64,000 nucleotides of DNA from an uncultured delta proteobacterium (GTDB lineage Bacteria > Myxococcota > Myxococcia > Myxococcales > Myxococcaceae), in contig CAVZMH010000016.1 of the NCBI GenBank assembly GCA_963776345.1, forward strand, positions 736,001 through 800,000. Direction: 5' to 3'. Below are positions 61,729 through 64,000 of this stretch, piece by piece. The notes beneath the pieces were generated by a model. It made no database searches and was not told where the DNA came from. It was given only the letters and a program-made list of their open reading frames with translations. A program made the translations under genes and the position numbers. Positions within the stretch are counted from its first letter, which is position 1. Every line of letters starts with the position of its first letter.

Positions 61729-63867
61729 ATGCCCATCTCACCCCCGCAACCCTGGACCCTGGCCGATGCCCAAGAGACGTACGGCGTTCGCAACTGGGGC
61801 GCGGGGTACTTCGGCATCAACGACAAGGGCAACGTCACCGTCCACGCAGACGGGAACGGCCGCTCGATGGACCTCAAGGACCTCGTCGAGGAGGTCCGCC
61901 GCCGCGGCATCGGACTGCCGCTCCTGATCCGCTTCACCGACGTGCTGCGCAGCCGGGTGGTGCACCTCAACGAGGCCTTCCGCCGCGCCATCGCCGAGCA
62001 CAGCTACCGGGGCGCCTACAAGGGCGTCTACCCCATCAAGGTGAACCAGCACCGGTACGTGGCCGAGACCATCGTCGAGGCTGGCAAGCCGTACGACTAC
62101 GGGCTGGAGGCCGGGAGCAAGCCCGAGCTGCTCGCGGTGATGGCGCTCCTCGACAGCGAGGAGGCCCTGATCGTCTGCAACGGCTACAAGGACGAGGAGT
62201 ACATCGAGACCGCGCTCTACGCCTCGCGGCTCGGCCGGCGGGTGGTGCTGGTGGTCGAGAAGCCGAGCGAGATCCCCCTCATCGCCGAGGTGTCGCGCCG
62301 GGTGGGCATCCGTCCGCGGATCGGCATCCGGGTGAAGCTCTCCACCCGCGGCGCCGGCAAGTGGGAGGCCTCGGGCGGCGACCGGAGCAAGTTCGGCCTG
62401 TCGTCGAGCGAGCTCCTCGACTCGATGGAGTTCATGCGGAAGGTGGGCCTCCTCGACTGCTTCGAGCTCTTGCACTTCCACCTCGGCAGCCAGGTCTCGA
62501 ACATCCGCAACTTCAAGAACGCGCTGCGCGAGGCGAGCCGCTTCTACGTCGAGATCGCCCAGGCGGGCGCGCCCTTGAAGTACCTCGACGTCGGTGGCGG
62601 TCTGGGCGTCGACTACGACGGGAGCCAGACCAACTTCACCTCGTCGATGAACTACACCACCCAGGAGTACGCCAACGACGTGGTGTTCAGCGTGCTCGAG
62701 GCCTGCAACGAGGCGAAGGTGGAGCACCCCACCCTGGTCTCGGAGTCGGGCCGGGCCGTCGTCGCGCACCACGCGGTGCTGGTGACCGAGGTGCTGGGGG
62801 TGAGCGAGTTCGACGCCCACGGCGTGCCGGACGTGCTGCCGGACGACGCCTCGCCGGTGGTGCGGAAGCTCTGGGCGACCTACCGCGAGCTGACGCGGAA
62901 GAACGTGCTCGAGGCCTACCACGACGCCACCGAGTACAAGGAGGAGTGCCTGACCCTCTTCTCGCTGGGGCACCTCACCCTCGCCGACCGGGTGGCGGCC
63001 GAGAACCTGTTCTGGGCGCTGTGCCAGAGGATCCTCCGCACCGCGCGCGAGCTCGACGAGATGCCGGAGGAGCTGGAGACGCTGGAGCGCCAGCTCGCCG
63101 ATACCTACTTCTGCAACTTCTCCGTCTTCCAGTCGCTCCCCGACAGCTGGGCCATCGACCAGCTCTTCCCGATCATGCCCATTCACCGCCTCACCGAGCG
63201 GCCCACGCGGCGGGCGGTGCTGGCGGACATCACCTGCGACTCGGACGGGAAGATCGAGCACTTCATCGACCGGCGCGACGTGAAGGACGTGCTGGAGCTG
63301 CACCCCCTCAACCAGGACGACTACTACCTCGGCATCTTCCTGGTCGGCGCGTACCAGGAGATCCTCGGCGACCTGCACAACCTGTTCGGCGACACCAACG
63401 CGGTCCAGGTGTCGCTGGGCCCGAACGGCGGGTACCTCATCGACCACGTGGTGGGCGGCGACACGGTGACCGAGGTGCTGAACTACGTCAGCTACTCCAA
63501 GGACGACCTGGTGGCCCGGGTGCGTCACTTCGCCGAGCGGGCGCTGCGCAAGGGCACGATGACCCTCGACCAGTCGCGGCAGCTCCTCCGCGCCTACGAG
63601 GACGGCCTGGCCGGGTACACCTACCTGGAGCGCGAGGTGGACGCCCCGGCCGCGGCGGCCTCGGGCCAGCTCCGGCTGGTGGAGAAGGTCGAGCCAGGCC
63701 GCTCGTCCACCGGGACCACGGCTAATCGCCGTCCGGCGTGCTCAGAGCTTCGTCGCTCGGCTGAGACACGACGGTGGCTCGCAACGCCATGGTCGCGCCG
63801 ATCCGGGGCAGCCCGCGCGGGCCTGCTATTGTCGCCTCCGCTCGGAGGGGGGGTGGTCGATGGATGA
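61729..63867 (+). CDS. speA: Biosynthetic arginine decarboxylase
   Basis: YPIKVNQ, GLEAGSKPEL, HFHLGSQ, DVGGGLG, ESGRA, DITCDSDG, GAYQEILGDLHNLFG. The last about 50 aa are atypical. Confidence 0.96.
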   Translation: MPISPPQPWTLADAQETYGVRNWGAGYFGINDKGNVTVHADGNGRSMDLKDLVEEVRRRGIGLPLLIRFTDVLRSRVVHLNEAFRRAIAEHSYRGAYKGVYPIKVNQHRYVAETIVEAGKPYDYGLEAGSKPELLAVMALLDSEEALIVCNGYKDEEYIETALYASRLGRRVVLVVEKPSEIPLIAEVSRRVGIRPRIGIRVKLSTRGAGKWEASGGDRSKFGLSSSELLDSMEFMRKVGLLDCFELLHFHLGSQVSNIRNFKNALREASRFYVEIAQAGAPLKYLDVGGGLGVDYDGSQTNFTSSMNYTTQEYANDVVFSVLEACNEAKVEHPTLVSESGRAVVAHHAVLVTEVLGVSEFDAHGVPDVLPDDASPVVRKLWATYRELTRKNVLEAYHDATEYKEECLTLFSLGHLTLADRVAAENLFWALCQRILRTARELDEMPEELETLERQLADTYFCNFSVFQSLPDSWAIDQLFPIMPIHRLTERPTRRAVLADITCDSDGKIEHFIDRRDVKDVLELHPLNQDDYYLGIFLVGAYQEILGDLHNLFGDTNAVQVSLGPNGGYLIDHVVGGDTVTEVLNYVSYSKDDLVARVRHFAERALRKGTMTLDQSRQLLRAYEDGLAGYTYLEREVDAPAAAASGQLRLVEKVEPGRSSTGTTANRRPACSELRRSAETRRWLATPWSRRSGAARAGLLLSPPLGGGVVDG

Positions 63868-64000
63868 CCGGCTCGAGGTGACCGAGCTCCTGGCGCGCGC
63901 CCAGGCCGGCGACGCCGCGGCCGCGGACGCCCTCTTCCGCGCGACGTACGACGACCTCCGGCGGCTGGCCCATGCGCGCCTGGGAGCGGATCGGCGCGAT
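63860..64000 (+). CDS. ECF sigma factor, TIGR02999-type (N-terminal part; runs off the window)
   Basis: GGAGG RBS; MDDRLEVTELLARAQAGDAAAADALFRATYDDLRRLA. Confidence 0.75.
   Translation, partial: MDDRLEVTELLARAQAGDAAAADALFRATYDDLRRLAHARLGADRRD

Overview
A very GC-rich bacterial chromosomal segment, most consistent with a myxobacterium (Myxococcota). That assignment is inferred from the Ser/Thr kinases, DUF4388 proteins, an MshEN/HD-GYP protein, a CPBP myxosortase-like gene, an atypical Hsp70 with a J-protein, and Cys-rich lipoproteins. The window is mostly core genome: serA, gap-pgk-tpiA-secG-tRNA-Leu(GAG), metG-tatD, holB-holA, mtnA, aceK, polX, bcp and speA, with small accessory insertions between them. 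I found no integrase, transposase, CRISPR array or rRNA. Several genes, including the essential metG, carry small frameshifts that look like long-read assembly indels. The most unusual items are: (1) an orphan Hcp/TssD-like tube protein with an N-terminal Sec-type signal peptide, flanked by two lipoproteins and with no T6SS genes in the window; (2) a set of polyprenol-linked glycosylation genes around tRNA-Leu (dolichol/phytol-kinase-like gene between secG and the tRNA, GT2, GT-C+TPR, methyltransferase), plus a PIG-V-like GT-C further on; (3) a 215-bp tandem duplication of a gene 3' end; (4) a DUF4190-pilin fusion; (5) apparent pseudo-enzymes flanking the myxosortase-like gene. All calls come from reading motifs by eye; no database search was run.
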